Below, in pieces: positions 46,352 through 57,400 of a stretch of 64,000 nt of DNA. Made by a program: the position numbers and the translations under genes. Below the pieces are notes generated by a model that saw only the letters and a program-made list of their open reading frames with translations, did not search any database and was not told the origin of the DNA. This DNA is from Candidatus Woesearchaeota archaeon (GTDB lineage Archaea; Nanobdellota; Nanobdellia; Woesearchaeales; DSVV01), in the NCBI GenBank assembly GCA_016192995.1, contig JACPTB010000006.1, forward strand, positions 5,687 through 69,686. The letters run 5' to 3'. Position 1 is the first letter of the stretch, and every line of letters starts with the position of its first letter.

Positions 46352-47126
46352 TCAACTTGAATCTGAAAATAATCAGTATGATACTAAAGCAGAATTTATA
46401 AAAAAATCTAGGCATAATCACGACTGGGATTATCTTTGGAAAAAGACAAGAAAACAGATGCAGTATTCTATAAAAAAAGCAAATTATATGAGTCAAAGAA
46501 TGGTAAAAGAAATTAAAAAACATACTCTACTAAATAATAAAGACTGTTTTGAAATCGGTTCAGGTTCTGGAAGATTATCATGGATGTTATTAAAAGCAGA
46601 TGTGCGATCAGTAACCTTGCTTGACACCTCAAAAGAGGCATTAGAAATTGCTAAGACTTTATTTACCGAAAAAGAAAAAGAAACTAAAGTTTCTTTTTTG
46701 CAAAAAAGTATTTTTGAATTTCCCACACATAAAAAATACGATATCGTGGTAAGCGGCGCTACCATTCAGCATTTTAAAGAGGAAGATGTGCAGTTGATCT
46801 TAAAAAAGCATCTTGATCTGACCAGAAAAGGGGGTGTTTGTTGTATAATCTTTCCTTCAAGCAATTATTTTAATGTTCAGCGCGAGAAAACAGAAAGCAA
46901 TCGAAAACTCTATGGCTGGTTTGATACGCAATTAGAAAAAAAAATACATACTCTTATGCCGATACAACAATATGTTCATTACCGCTTTGATTTCTTTTAT
47001 GGAAAGCCAAAATTCATATTATATCTCCATCGAATTATCTTTTATCTTTTTGGTATAGATTTAAATGTAGCATGCTTAGAAAAACGTTTTGGTGGGCTTG
47101 TTTTCTTGGCATTTAAAAAATCATAA
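46338..47126 (+). CDS. Class I SAM-dependent methyltransferase
   Basis: Motifs seen: CFEIGSGSGRLS and a later GGVCCIIFP. The start at MVKNNQ overlaps the wecB stop by 14 nt. Confidence 0.65.
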   Translation: MVKNNQLESENNQYDTKAEFIKKSRHNHDWDYLWKKTRKQMQYSIKKANYMSQRMVKEIKKHTLLNNKDCFEIGSGSGRLSWMLLKADVRSVTLLDTSKEALEIAKTLFTEKEKETKVSFLQKSIFEFPTHKKYDIVVSGATIQHFKEEDVQLILKKHLDLTRKGGVCCIIFPSSNYFNVQREKTESNRKLYGWFDTQLEKKIHTLMPIQQYVHYRFDFFYGKPKFILYLHRIIFYLFGIDLNVACLEKRFGGLVFLAFKKS

Positions 47127-48031
47127 AGCTCTCCTAAAGTGCAAAACCACGTATTTCTTTTCTTACCTTCAAGAAGTAGTTTCTCATATAACTCAAAATA
47201 TCCCGGATAATCCTTTTTACTAAACGCAGTATTATGCCAAATAATGACCAAAGGTAAACTTTCCTGTTCAGCGAGGTCATAAAGTGCAATAATTTTCTTC
47301 CAAAGTTCTTCGGTGGCAATAAGGTGTTGAGGAAGAGCAGAATCCATTAATGCAATCGGGAAAACCATAAATCTATCGCCTTCTTTGGAAAATGGTTTAA
47401 ACGGAGTTTTATGCTGAAGCTCTTTAAAACCAATTCCTCTTGTTAAACCAAAACTGCTGTCATACTGAAAACCTGCTTTTTTCTGCAATTCCCATGTTTT
47501 TTCAAAATCAAAGTTCAAATAATGTTGTCGAATCCCTTTAATCTTATGTCCAACAATGCGTTCTAAGAGTTGTTTTTGAGCGGTAAGCAACTTAATTTGA
47601 TCATAAGAATGGTAAGATCCATGAACGCCAATTTCCCATCCCTCAGCATCAAGTTTTTGAATAAGCTCGGTTATTTTTTTTTGTTGAATATTATATCTTC
47701 CTACAAACAACATTATATCTCTTAACGACAAAGGGAATTTTCGTTGTTCTTGAAGGAAGAAAAACGTTGATTTAATATTATGGAACTTTTCAAGTTCCAT
47801 AATGGTATCAAAAGTCCAATAAGGATTATGGAAATAAGAACTTAGATGATACCATGCATTCTTGAAATTAAAGTTATATAACTCTTTTAAAAAATAATAG
47901 GGGCATTGGTAAGTTTTTTTAGTTCGATCAATATCATGGGTTAGACAAACAGCAAATCTGCTTTTTCCTGGGTACTGTAGTTGTTGTTTCATAAGTTTAA
48001 GCATCGAGCTTTTTATAGAGCAATTCAACAT
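47042..48031 (-). CDS. Polysaccharide deacetylase (CE4 / NodB-homology)
   Basis: 329 aa. Motifs seen: CLTHDIDR, GVHGSYHS and RQHY. Its 3' end overlaps the convergent methyltransferase gene by 85 nt. Confidence 0.65.
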   Translation of the reverse strand: MLNCSIKSSMLKLMKQQLQYPGKSRFAVCLTHDIDRTKKTYQCPYYFLKELYNFNFKNAWYHLSSYFHNPYWTFDTIMELEKFHNIKSTFFFLQEQRKFPLSLRDIMLFVGRYNIQQKKITELIQKLDAEGWEIGVHGSYHSYDQIKLLTAQKQLLERIVGHKIKGIRQHYLNFDFEKTWELQKKAGFQYDSSFGLTRGIGFKELQHKTPFKPFSKEGDRFMVFPIALMDSALPQHLIATEELWKKIIALYDLAEQESLPLVIIWHNTAFSKKDYPGYFELYEKLLLEGKKRNTWFCTLGELYDFLNAKKTSPPKRFSKHATFKSIPKR

Positions 48032-49205
48032 TTTTCATTTGTGAATCCCAATTATATGTTTTCTCTACTAATAATCGTGATTTTTCTCCAATAGCTGTAA
48101 GTTTTTTTCTATCAGTTGCTAAAACAGTGATAGCGTCAGCTATTTCTTGAGCTGAGCCAGGAGTAACAGTACATCCTAATTGATTATGTTCAACAACACT
48201 GCGCATTCCAGGAAGGTTACTGATGATTAAAGCGCATGCTCCAGCCATATACTCAAACAGCTTATTTGGGCTGCAAAATTCATTGTTTCGAGTAAGATAT
48301 TGAACATGAAGACCTATGTCTGCTAAAGCTGAATAAGTAGGAACTTCATCATAAGGAATCTTGCCAATAATATGAACATTTTTCGCATTTTGGTCTTGAG
48401 CAAAAGCAACTAATCGTTGATAATAGGGGCCATCACCTACAATGAAAAAAACAACGTTGTCTCGAAGCGCAGCAGGGAGAAGCTTCGAGGCAATAACAAT
48501 CTCTTTCACACCGCGTATTTCTTTAATGATCCCACAATACATCGCAACAATGGTGTCTTGTTTAATACCATACTTTTTCTTCAGAAAAGATATTTTCTTA
48601 TGATTCTTATAAGTATCGAACCAGGTGAGATCAATATAATTAGCTGCTACAACAACTGGCTTGCCAAATCGTTCCAATTTCTGAGCAAATTCTTTGTTGA
48701 TGGTAATAATACCATTAACAAAGTAGCTGCATATTTTCTCAAGAAACAAGCCAGGTAGCCATAATAAAATAGACATGTCTCTCAAAAGATTAGGGTAATC
48801 TTCATGCGAATCATAAATTAACGTTTTTCGTTTGAACCATTTCAATATAACTCCTAAGGGGAGTGCTGTTAAATCATGAGCATGAATGATATCACATGGC
48901 TTTTTTAATGCATAAAAAAAAGCATGAGCCATAAATCCAATAATGCTATACAACACCGAGATTATTTTTAGAAAAATATTTCTTTTTTCAAAGTTTTGTA
49001 TCAAGGCAGGACCAAGATGAACTACCTTAAAATGTTTATACTCCTCTTGGGGATAATCTCCTCTATACTTCCACGCTATAATTTCAATATCATAGCCTTT
49101 TCTTGCAAGGTAATTAGCTTCTTTAAGAACTCTTGGATCAGGAGCAAAGTCTTTCAAGAGAAGCATCAAAATCTTTTTCTTTTTTTCTTTTTGTTGCGGT
49201 ATCAT
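47997..49205 (-). CDS. GT4-family glycosyltransferase
   Basis: 402 aa with typical GT-B halves. Motif seen: SPNKLFEYMAGACALIISN. Confidence 0.8.
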   Translation of the reverse strand: MIPQQKEKKKKILMLLLKDFAPDPRVLKEANYLARKGYDIEIIAWKYRGDYPQEEYKHFKVVHLGPALIQNFEKRNIFLKIISVLYSIIGFMAHAFFYALKKPCDIIHAHDLTALPLGVILKWFKRKTLIYDSHEDYPNLLRDMSILLWLPGLFLEKICSYFVNGIITINKEFAQKLERFGKPVVVAANYIDLTWFDTYKNHKKISFLKKKYGIKQDTIVAMYCGIIKEIRGVKEIVIASKLLPAALRDNVVFFIVGDGPYYQRLVAFAQDQNAKNVHIIGKIPYDEVPTYSALADIGLHVQYLTRNNEFCSPNKLFEYMAGACALIISNLPGMRSVVEHNQLGCTVTPGSAQEIADAITVLATDRKKLTAIGEKSRLLVEKTYNWDSQMKNVELLYKKLDA

Positions 49206-49211
49206 GATGGA

Positions 49212-50336
49212 TTATAGCTGAGCTTCTAAAACTTCCTTAACATTCGAAATAATATACTCTTGTTGAGCAGATGATAATTCTGGATAAATTGGCAGTGAGA
49301 GAATTTCATCAGCGATTTTTTCGCTTATAGGATAACTTCCTTTTTTTAATCCTAAACAAGAAAATGCAGGCTGGAGGTGGAGAGGAATGGGAAAATATAT
49401 CTGTGTAGGAATTCCTCTTTTTTCAAGCTCAGACATAACTGCTGATCTCTGTTTTACACGAACAGTATAGACGTAATATACAGGTTTCGCATGAGCTTCT
49501 TCATAAGGTAATATTATCTTTCCCTGGCTAGAAATATCTTTAAACGCTGCAGTATAACGTTGGGCAAGAGTTCTTCTTTTCTCGTTGACAAACTCCAATG
49601 CTTTTAATTTAACTCGAAGCACAGCTGCTTGCAAACTATCCATTCGTTCGTTATACCCTAAATAATTATGTTCGTATTTTTGTCCTGGCAATCTCCCATG
49701 GTTGCGAAGAGCAATAAGCATATTTTTAATGTTGCTATTATTAAATACAATAGCTCCTCCATCGCCAAAACAACCAAGATTTTTTGCAGGATAAAAAGAA
49801 AAGCAGCCTATATCTCCTTGAGGTACCTTCTTATCATGATACATGCATCCATGAGCCTGAGCGCAGTCTTCAATAACAAATAAATTATGTTTTCGAGCAA
49901 TCTCAATGATCTTATCCACAGCACAAGGATAACCATACAAATGTACGGCAATAATTGCTTTTGTTTTTTTTGTTATAGCTGCTTCAAGTTTTGATGAATC
50001 TATGTTGTAGGTTTTTTGGTCAATATCAACGAGCTTAATGCTTGCTCCGCTATGGATAATCACTTCCCCTGTTGCGATAAACGTATGCGGTGTTGTAATA
50101 ACCTCATCGCCTTCTTTAATGTCAAGAACTTTTAATGCTAAAAAAAGAGCGCTTGTTCCAGAGTTAGTACTTACACAATATTTGCTTTCACAATAATCAG
50201 CAAATTCTTGTTCAAACAAAGAAACATCTTTGCCATTGACAAAATCAGTTTGTTCTATTACCTGGGCAAGCGCAGCATCTATTGCTTCTTTCTGGCTGAT
50301 ATATGATGCTTTCAAATCAACAAAAGGGATTTTCAT
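49212..50336 (-). CDS. DegT/DnrJ/EryC1/StrS-family sugar aminotransferase
   Basis: 374 aa. Motifs seen: NSGTSALFLAL, FSFYPAKNLGCFGDGGA and NSRLD-like YNERMDSLQAAVL. Confidence 0.9.
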   Translation of the reverse strand: MKIPFVDLKASYISQKEAIDAALAQVIEQTDFVNGKDVSLFEQEFADYCESKYCVSTNSGTSALFLALKVLDIKEGDEVITTPHTFIATGEVIIHSGASIKLVDIDQKTYNIDSSKLEAAITKKTKAIIAVHLYGYPCAVDKIIEIARKHNLFVIEDCAQAHGCMYHDKKVPQGDIGCFSFYPAKNLGCFGDGGAIVFNNSNIKNMLIALRNHGRLPGQKYEHNYLGYNERMDSLQAAVLRVKLKALEFVNEKRRTLAQRYTAAFKDISSQGKIILPYEEAHAKPVYYVYTVRVKQRSAVMSELEKRGIPTQIYFPIPLHLQPAFSCLGLKKGSYPISEKIADEILSLPIYPELSSAQQEYIISNVKEVLEAQL

Positions 50337-50356
50337 GTCCTCGCCTCTTTTTCTCC

Positions 50357-51340
50357 TTATTCAACATCTAAATCTCTTTTAAAATGTGCTGATTGTAATG
50401 CTAATTGGCAAATTTTTGTGGTATAATATTCTTCTTCGCCAATATTAACAATCTGTTGATACTCTCCATTATTATTTTTATGTTTTTTAATCACTTCAAC
50501 AAAATATTTTAATTCTTCTTTCAAAGGTTCATTTTTATGCATCTCTAAATTTTCTTCAGCACTTTTAACAACACAGCCCTGTTCTATGCTGATAGGGAAT
50601 ATTTTCAATGTTTGTTCAAGAAAATCAGCATAGAGTTTCTTTTTGCTTCCAATAACCCATAGGTCTCTTTTTTTCAAAGGATGGCAGCAGCTTACTTCAA
50701 TTTCAGCAAAAAAAGAGCCATAGTCGAAAATAATCACTGCTGAATCTTCGTGTTTTTGGTCTATAATGTTTACTCTTTTGCAATACACTTTTTTCGGGAA
50801 TTGTCCAAGAACAAAATTAAGAATATCAATCATGTGAATGCCTAAATTAAAAATAACTCCAGAGTCTGAGCGTGGTGGTTTGCTTGAATGAATATATCTG
50901 CTGTGGATATAGTGGAGTTTTCCTAGCTCTCCTTTCGCAATCAATTCTTTTAATGCTATTACTGAAGGATTAAATCTGAATAAATACCCAACTGATAAGA
51001 TCAAATTTTTTTCTTTTGCTAGGCTAACAAGTTCACGTGCTTGGTCTGCATCGAGGGTAATAGGTTTTTCTACAAGAACATGCTTTCCAGCTGCAAGGCA
51101 TTCTTTAACAATAGGGTAATGAAGTGTCGTTGGTACAACAACAGAAACAGCATCAACTAACGGTAATAATTCTTTATAATTCTGCATAAACAAAATTCCA
51201 TAACTTTCTGCGAGAGTTTTTTTTGAAGCATCAATATCTGCTAATCCAACAAGCTGGCAGTCCAGCTCTTTAAGTTCAGCATATACTCTGAGATGATTTT
51301 CTCCCCATTTTCCAGAACCTATAACCCCTATTCTAACCAT
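50357..51340 (-). CDS. Gfo/Idh/MocA-family NAD-dependent sugar dehydrogenase (WbpB-like)
   Basis: 327 aa. Motifs seen: RIGVIGSGKWGENH and VLVEKPI. Confidence 0.85.
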   Translation of the reverse strand: MVRIGVIGSGKWGENHLRVYAELKELDCQLVGLADIDASKKTLAESYGILFMQNYKELLPLVDAVSVVVPTTLHYPIVKECLAAGKHVLVEKPITLDADQARELVSLAKEKNLILSVGYLFRFNPSVIALKELIAKGELGKLHYIHSRYIHSSKPPRSDSGVIFNLGIHMIDILNFVLGQFPKKVYCKRVNIIDQKHEDSAVIIFDYGSFFAEIEVSCCHPLKKRDLWVIGSKKKLYADFLEQTLKIFPISIEQGCVVKSAEENLEMHKNEPLKEELKYFVEVIKKHKNNNGEYQQIVNIGEEEYYTTKICQLALQSAHFKRDLDVE

Positions 51341-51359
51341 AATAAGCTAGATTTATGGT

Positions 51360-51422
51360 TGATTTATATAGTTTATTACGATCTTGGGTATCGCCAAAGA
51401 TCGTAATAAACTATATAAATCA
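51360..51422. promoter_or_regulatory. 63-nt palindrome (26-bp perfect arms) containing the TATA boxes of a divergent gene pair
   Basis: Sequence is TGATTTATATAGTTTATTACGATCTT-GGGTATCGCCA-AAGATCGTAATAAACTATATAAATCA. The TATA-like ends lie about 23-30 nt from the ATGs at 51340 (minus strand) and 51442 (plus strand). Confidence 0.6.
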
Positions 51423-51441
51423 TTGAAAATCTCATAATTCT

Positions 51442-53412
51442 ATGATGAGTATTGATGCAATATTAGTCTTTTTTATCATGATCTATTGTTTTGGATATTC
51501 AGTTACTTTCTTTTTGAAGCGTTCTTCGTTATCACTTGAAGATATTTTGATGAATTTAGGCATTGGTCTGGGTGTATTTCCCATCATTGCAACAATATTT
51601 ACTATGCTGAGAATTCCCTTGAGCTGGTGGATTTTTCTTGGTGTAGGGCTTATAGTGCCGGTGTATAGTTTCTTTCAACATTTGAAGCAAAACACGAATA
51701 TATCGCCTCAATTCAATCTCAAAGAAAGATATAAAAAATTGACAAAATATCATCTCTATGTTTTTCTGGTTATTCTCATTGCAGGATTTTCGTTCTACAC
51801 AAATCATAAAGGTGCATTTTCTTATCCATGGCTCGAAGATGATGATCCATGGATTCATGCAATGGGGGTAAGTTATATCTCTGAGTACAGAACTGCCCTT
51901 GAACCAGTTACCGGAGAAAATGCTTTTCAATATTTAGATGCGTATCCAGTTGCGTATGATGTGCTGATGTCACTGCTTCATCAAATAAGCAGCAACATGA
52001 TTTGGACATTAAAATTTTTTAATGCATTATTGATTGCGCTTGGGTTTATTTCATTATTCTTTTTTGTCAGGGAATTCACCAGAAGTGATGAAAAAGCTTT
52101 ATGGTCAACATTTATTTTAGCAATGTTGCCTTCATATCTTACTCATTTTATTTGGGCGCACGTTCTTATTATCATCAATATATTTCCTCTGTTGTATAGC
52201 TTTGAAAAAACTCGGACCAATCATCAGTGGTGGTATGTCTCCTTATTATTAGTCGTAGGTATTTTTCTTGTGCAGCCAGATCAGCCTATAAAAATTATAG
52301 TTATGATCGGTTTATACTGGCTGGCAAGGGCTTTGTTAGAACGATCATGGCATAAATATATTCTTCTAAGCTCATTTGGTGGTTTTTTGGTATCATTTCT
52401 TGTATGGTGGGGGCCAATGCTCTTAAAATACAAGAGTAAATTTATGTGTTTGGGTTTGACGCAGGGTTCTTGTGGAGCAGAAGTAAGTTCAAAATTTGTT
52501 GACAAAGGTGTTATTGGCGCGTTAGGTGGCGCGACAAGAAAATATACTTTCAATGATTTTTTTATAGCAGAAAAAGCAGGTTTGATTAACAACTCTGTTG
52601 GTATTGGAATTGTTGTTTTTATACTTGTGGTTATAGCATTAATTGTTTTTATCGTCAAATGGAGGAGTCTCATACAAAAAGAACAATACTGGAAACTAGT
52701 TACAGTACTGTGGTTTATTTTTACCGTGATGGGTTTATACGGTGGAACAGTATTTCCAGTTGCATTATTCACGTTCAGATTTTGGATGCTTTTTTCAATT
52801 CCTGTGGCTCTCCTTGGTGCTGAAGCAATAGTGTTTATTTTAGAAATAATAAGATGTTTGGAGCATGATCTTCATCATTATCTAAAGCAAGGTTTTTTTG
52901 CTGTTGTTCTCAATAAAATAAAACCTTTTCAAGTGATCATCATTATCCTCTTAGTTTTTGGAATTTGGCATACTTCAGGGTTGCAGCGCTATTCAATTAA
53001 CACTTCTATGTGGCCATTTAACGCTCAGTTCTCTTCTTTCGAACAAATTAATGGTTATAATTGGATGAAAGACAATATTGGCAGTCATAAAAATGTTTTT
53101 CCCTTGTGTGATTCAGCGATGAAGCCATTAACTTATGACAAACAGTTTACCTGGAACAATGCCTCAATTGCTGCTTGGAAAAGAACAATACTCAGCAAAG
53201 ATTCTTATTTTAAAGATTTGCAGGCAGGTGATCTCCGTAATCTTCTTGTAGAGAATAACTTTGATTATCTTGTACTGGGATATAGTTGCATCTATGTGCA
53301 TGGTTTAAATGAAACGCAAAAAGTATTGAATGAATTGATGTCAATCCCTGATCAAATCATTCTAGAATATCAAGGCAAGGACGGCTTGCCATTTATATTT
53401 AAGATACAATAA
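51442..53412 (+). CDS. GT-C-like multi-TM protein with a C-terminal soluble domain
   Basis: 656 aa. The first loop carries the acidic motif YPWLEDDDPWIHA. No WWDYG motif was seen. Confidence 0.5.
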   Translation: MMSIDAILVFFIMIYCFGYSVTFFLKRSSLSLEDILMNLGIGLGVFPIIATIFTMLRIPLSWWIFLGVGLIVPVYSFFQHLKQNTNISPQFNLKERYKKLTKYHLYVFLVILIAGFSFYTNHKGAFSYPWLEDDDPWIHAMGVSYISEYRTALEPVTGENAFQYLDAYPVAYDVLMSLLHQISSNMIWTLKFFNALLIALGFISLFFFVREFTRSDEKALWSTFILAMLPSYLTHFIWAHVLIIINIFPLLYSFEKTRTNHQWWYVSLLLVVGIFLVQPDQPIKIIVMIGLYWLARALLERSWHKYILLSSFGGFLVSFLVWWGPMLLKYKSKFMCLGLTQGSCGAEVSSKFVDKGVIGALGGATRKYTFNDFFIAEKAGLINNSVGIGIVVFILVVIALIVFIVKWRSLIQKEQYWKLVTVLWFIFTVMGLYGGTVFPVALFTFRFWMLFSIPVALLGAEAIVFILEIIRCLEHDLHHYLKQGFFAVVLNKIKPFQVIIIILLVFGIWHTSGLQRYSINTSMWPFNAQFSSFEQINGYNWMKDNIGSHKNVFPLCDSAMKPLTYDKQFTWNNASIAAWKRTILSKDSYFKDLQAGDLRNLLVENNFDYLVLGYSCIYVHGLNETQKVLNELMSIPDQIILEYQGKDGLPFIFKIQ

Positions 53413-53413
53413 A

Positions 53414-53773
53414 TTATTTATATTCTTCATTTGCTTTATCAAATGCTTGCTTTCGAACAAGGTGTTCTATTTTCCGCTGGTTTTTTCTTACTAAAGCATA
53501 TAAATAAAAAATAACAACAGAGAAAAATAAAAATCCGCACATAATGATAAAGTCAACAGTTCTTTTAATCTTTAATTGTCCCATAATGCCATAGAGTCCT
53601 TGGGGAAAAAGCATCACTAAAATAAAACTAATCCAGACAACTAACCACACTGCAAAATCACCAAACTTATAGTCGCCTTTGCGATAATAAAGAAGGGTTA
53701 AATAAGTCATAAACAAACCAAATAAAATCCCAATAATTTGAACTCCTAAAATCATCTTGATAATCTCCACCAC
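53414..53773 (-). CDS. DUF2304-like small 4-TM protein (typical partner of a GT2)
   Basis: 119 aa. It overlaps the upstream GT2 gene by 22 nt. Confidence 0.55.
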   Translation of the reverse strand: MVEIIKMILGVQIIGILFGLFMTYLTLLYYRKGDYKFGDFAVWLVVWISFILVMLFPQGLYGIMGQLKIKRTVDFIIMCGFLFFSVVIFYLYALVRKNQRKIEHLVRKQAFDKANEEYK

Positions 53774-54444
53774 AAAATATAAAGCACTACTTTGATGCCA
53801 TCGATGATGGTAGTGCCTTTATATTTATCTAAATATATTGTTTGAATCGGAATCTCAGCATAGCTGAGGTTGTTTTTGCCAACCCTTGCAATCATTTCAG
53901 ATTCCATACTATAATCAGATGCATGCCATCTGATTTTTTTATAAGCTTCTGCAGTAAAACATCTAAATCCTGATTGGCTGTCTTTAAGATTGACATTATA
54001 CAGCCAGTTAATGAGCAGACTCATAACATTATTGCCAAATTTCAAGATTAAGGGCATGGTTTTATTAAGTTTTCTATAGCTGAAAACAATATCCTGTTTT
54101 TTCTCTTCAAGAATTTTTATAAGGCGTGGAATATCTTCAGGTTGGTGCTGTCCATCAGCATCCATAACTACCAAAACCTTTGCATTTTTTTGTAACGCAT
54201 AGTCGCATCCTGTCCGTAAGGCAGCTCCTTTGCCTAAATTAATCATCTGGTCAAGAACAAGCACTCCTGCTTCCCGAGCAACACTGCTGGTAGCATCTTT
54301 TGAGCCATCATTTACAACAATGATATGTTGAGTAAACAGCTTTGTTTTCTCAAGCACATGCTTTATTCTCTCAGCCTCATTATATGCAGGAATGACAACC
54401 CATACAGATGACGGCAATAAAGACTGGTTTTTCTTCCTGATCAT
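53752..54444 (-). CDS. GT2-family glycosyltransferase (dolichyl-phosphate glucosyltransferase-like)
   Basis: 230 aa. Motifs seen: WVVIPAYNEAERI, VVNDGSKDAT and MDADGQHQP. Confidence 0.8.
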   Translation of the reverse strand: MIRKKNQSLLPSSVWVVIPAYNEAERIKHVLEKTKLFTQHIIVVNDGSKDATSSVAREAGVLVLDQMINLGKGAALRTGCDYALQKNAKVLVVMDADGQHQPEDIPRLIKILEEKKQDIVFSYRKLNKTMPLILKFGNNVMSLLINWLYNVNLKDSQSGFRCFTAEAYKKIRWHASDYSMESEMIARVGKNNLSYAEIPIQTIYLDKYKGTTIIDGIKVVLYILWWRLSR

Positions 54445-54455
54445 CCTATATCATC

Positions 54456-57400
54456 TCAATTACTGGTATTTTTTTGACTGCAATCCCAATCAACCTTCCA
54501 TATTGCAATCTTTTGTTGTGAAGTAATTCCAGAAAATTGAAATAGATCAAAGCAGGCAAGATCCTGATTGCTGAAATAAAACATTCTATTAAACATGCTT
54601 TTTGCCAAAACGGGATCCATAAGCACGGTATAATACTTGCCATTTTCATCAATAAATAGCGATGCGCCAAACGGCTGACCGTCAGTAGTTCGTAAGAGTG
54701 TTTTATTTGAGTCTTCCATATTTTGAACAGTATACTTACCCGTAGCATCTATGAATGAACCTACGAGAGGAAATAATTTACCGCCATCAGGAGTAGGTGC
54801 GTAAAATTGGTTTTCAGTGAAGTTAACAAGTAACCCGTTTTCACAAATAATATCTTTTTCTCTTTTGATGCAAGGGACTTTATCAGATCTATAACTTGGC
54901 CAAGGAGCAATCCAGGTATTGGCTTTATCTCCTGAACCATACGGTTTTATTTGCGCATAGGTTTCCTCAGCTTGTTCTTTCGTAAGCTTCATATCTTCCT
55001 GCATAAAGGTTATAGCTTCTTCTTTCATATTCTTATTCGCTAAATAAATTACTTGAGCGCGTGAAAAATTCCAGCTGCCAAAATGCGCCCATACTCCTGC
55101 TTTTCCAATCATATCCCAGCTTACAACGAGATAATCTTCTGGTGGTTGGCAATGAGTATATTGGAGAATATGTTCAGATTGTTCTTGAGATAAGCCTTGC
55201 TGAAGCAGATAGTTTTTTGCCTCGCTTTTTGACAATAAAATAATATGGTCAATGACATTCTTGGTTTTTACTTGATCTAAATTAAACATACTCTGTGATT
55301 CATTAAACGCAGTATTTGCTCCGCAATCTAACATACGTAGTATTCCCATGCTTTCATATTCATTATCAGTGAGCAATAATTTTCCTAACCAATGCGCTTG
55401 CGGAGAATTCTGATTGCCGCCGTCAAGTGTCGTTGCCCTGTTGCCAATCGCTTTAAACCAATGTCCCATATCCCACCATGAATTAATGATTGCATCAGGA
55501 GCAGATTTTTCTCTGAGATCTACTAACAGATTATACCACTGATCATTAATGCTGGGGATCATATTTATGGACATAGTATAACCTTCTTTAAATGGTTGTA
55601 TCAAAAGGAGCAGGAATAAAATAATCAGCGCTATTTTGCTAATAATATTTGGAATGAAAAGCATATTTTTCAATACAGGCACGAGGAGGTTATAAAGAGT
55701 ATAAAGCGCAATGCCAAAACAAAGCACTAACGGCACAACAAGTAATAAGGTAAAGCGCACGCCTTTGATAGAAGCATAAAATGTAGCAAACAACCACATA
55801 ATTAAAAGGCTTGTATAAATAATATGGCTGCTGGCTTGTTGATTATGCCATGCTCCAAATGCCATCTGCAGGATAAAAGGAATAGTTAACAAAATAATAT
55901 AATAAATAACATTATCAAAATAAGCGCCATTGATTATCGTCAGATTCAACCACAACAAAAGTATGATGGTGAATGGATTTTCATGCAAAAATGTTTTATA
56001 TGTTTTATAAAGTAAAGAAATACAAATAAGAGGCACTGAGAGAAATAAGATATAAAACAAAACTTTGCTGGTGAAATATTTGTTTAACCAAAAGAGCAAA
56101 AACATCCATAGATAACTCAATACAATCATCGGTGAGTAATCTTTATAACTCTTATGACTTAAAGCAAGATATAATAAAACACCCGTAATTGCAAGAAAGA
56201 ATAAAATAGGTCCGCCGGTTAATGAAATAGCTTCTGAAATAGAAGAACTGTTTTGTTCTGCGACGGTGGTAAAGACATTAGGCCATAAGGTAGAGGTTGC
56301 TACAGCTTTAAAACGAACAAAATTAAGTGGTGCTAAAACGAGATTTAAGAAGGTAGCGGCTATTTTTGAAAAACCCATAGACATGCTTACACTAAATATT
56401 CCACCTGCAATAAATACAAAAAGCACTAATAGCTGCATTTTGATAAGATTGTAACTTTTCTTAATAGTCTCAGCCAATGCAAAGCATTGGCTGAAATGGC
56501 AGACAAGAATATACAGCAAGGTTATTAAGACAGCAGCAATAATAAAATAGAAAATATTCCACCAGCCAGACCATGCATAGCTGTATACTCCGACAAGAAG
56601 CCCGGCTCCTGCGCTAAGAAGTATTTTTGCTAATTTTTTTTCAGCATCCCACGCTTCTATGAACAGCCAAATGATCATGAGGGGGAAAAATATACTATAA
56701 CCATCAGTATCTGAAAATCCGGCAGAGGTTCTTAAAATAAGAGCTTTGTGGATCGAAAGCAGGAGTGCGGCAAAAAATCCGCCAATATTGCCGGCAAATT
56801 TTCTTCCGATAAAAAATGCAGGTATAATAAACAATGCGCCAAAAATCATAGGGACATAAAAGGCAACAGTTGTTAATGCAACAGAAGGATTAAAGAATGA
56901 AGCGATTTTATAGAAAACAATAATCATCAAAACATGAAATGTTCCTATTTTCTTAGGCGAGCTGCTCCTTTTATCTAAAGGCAGACCCGCATAAATATAA
57001 GTATCATAATATCTTCCGTTGTATTCTAAATCTCCTTCATAACCATGGTCAAGGTAGTTTTTTGCTAGCCTATACCAATGCCAAGGATCAAGTTCAAAAA
57101 GATAGGTATGTCCTGTAGCATCTTGATAGAAATCTTTATAGCTCTTTGATTGCTGATCAATAACTTGATAAATCTCCTCCTTATGCTCTTTAAGGTATTC
57201 ATCATGTTGTTTTTTGATCAATTCATCTTTATTTTGTTGGGGCAAGTTAGGATATTGCGCCTCAACAGCATTTGAAACTTGTCCTTTAAGTCCCAAAAGC
57301 ACATTTTCTTCAGCCCGTATATCAGTGAGAGGTAAATAAGCAGGCATAGTCCTAAGATAAATGCTCATCACTATAGGGATGAGCAAGAGAAGAATAAAAT

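Noticed and set aside
51371-51411. The 51360-51422 palindrome as an abutted right-end/left-end junction of the GTACG-type element
   Set aside because: Only CGTAATAA (8 nt) is shared with the element termini, and the flanking arm sequence has no similarity to element interiors. The match is too short to distinguish from chance in AT-rich DNA.
10142-52772. Long antisense or alternative-frame ORFs inside membrane-protein genes (e.g. 10142-10471, 17441-17788, 51556-51930, 52281-52772, 54446-54748, 24139-24351)
   Set aside because: They are embedded in strongly supported genes and are low-complexity translations typical of AT-rich antisense frames. None has a recognisable motif.
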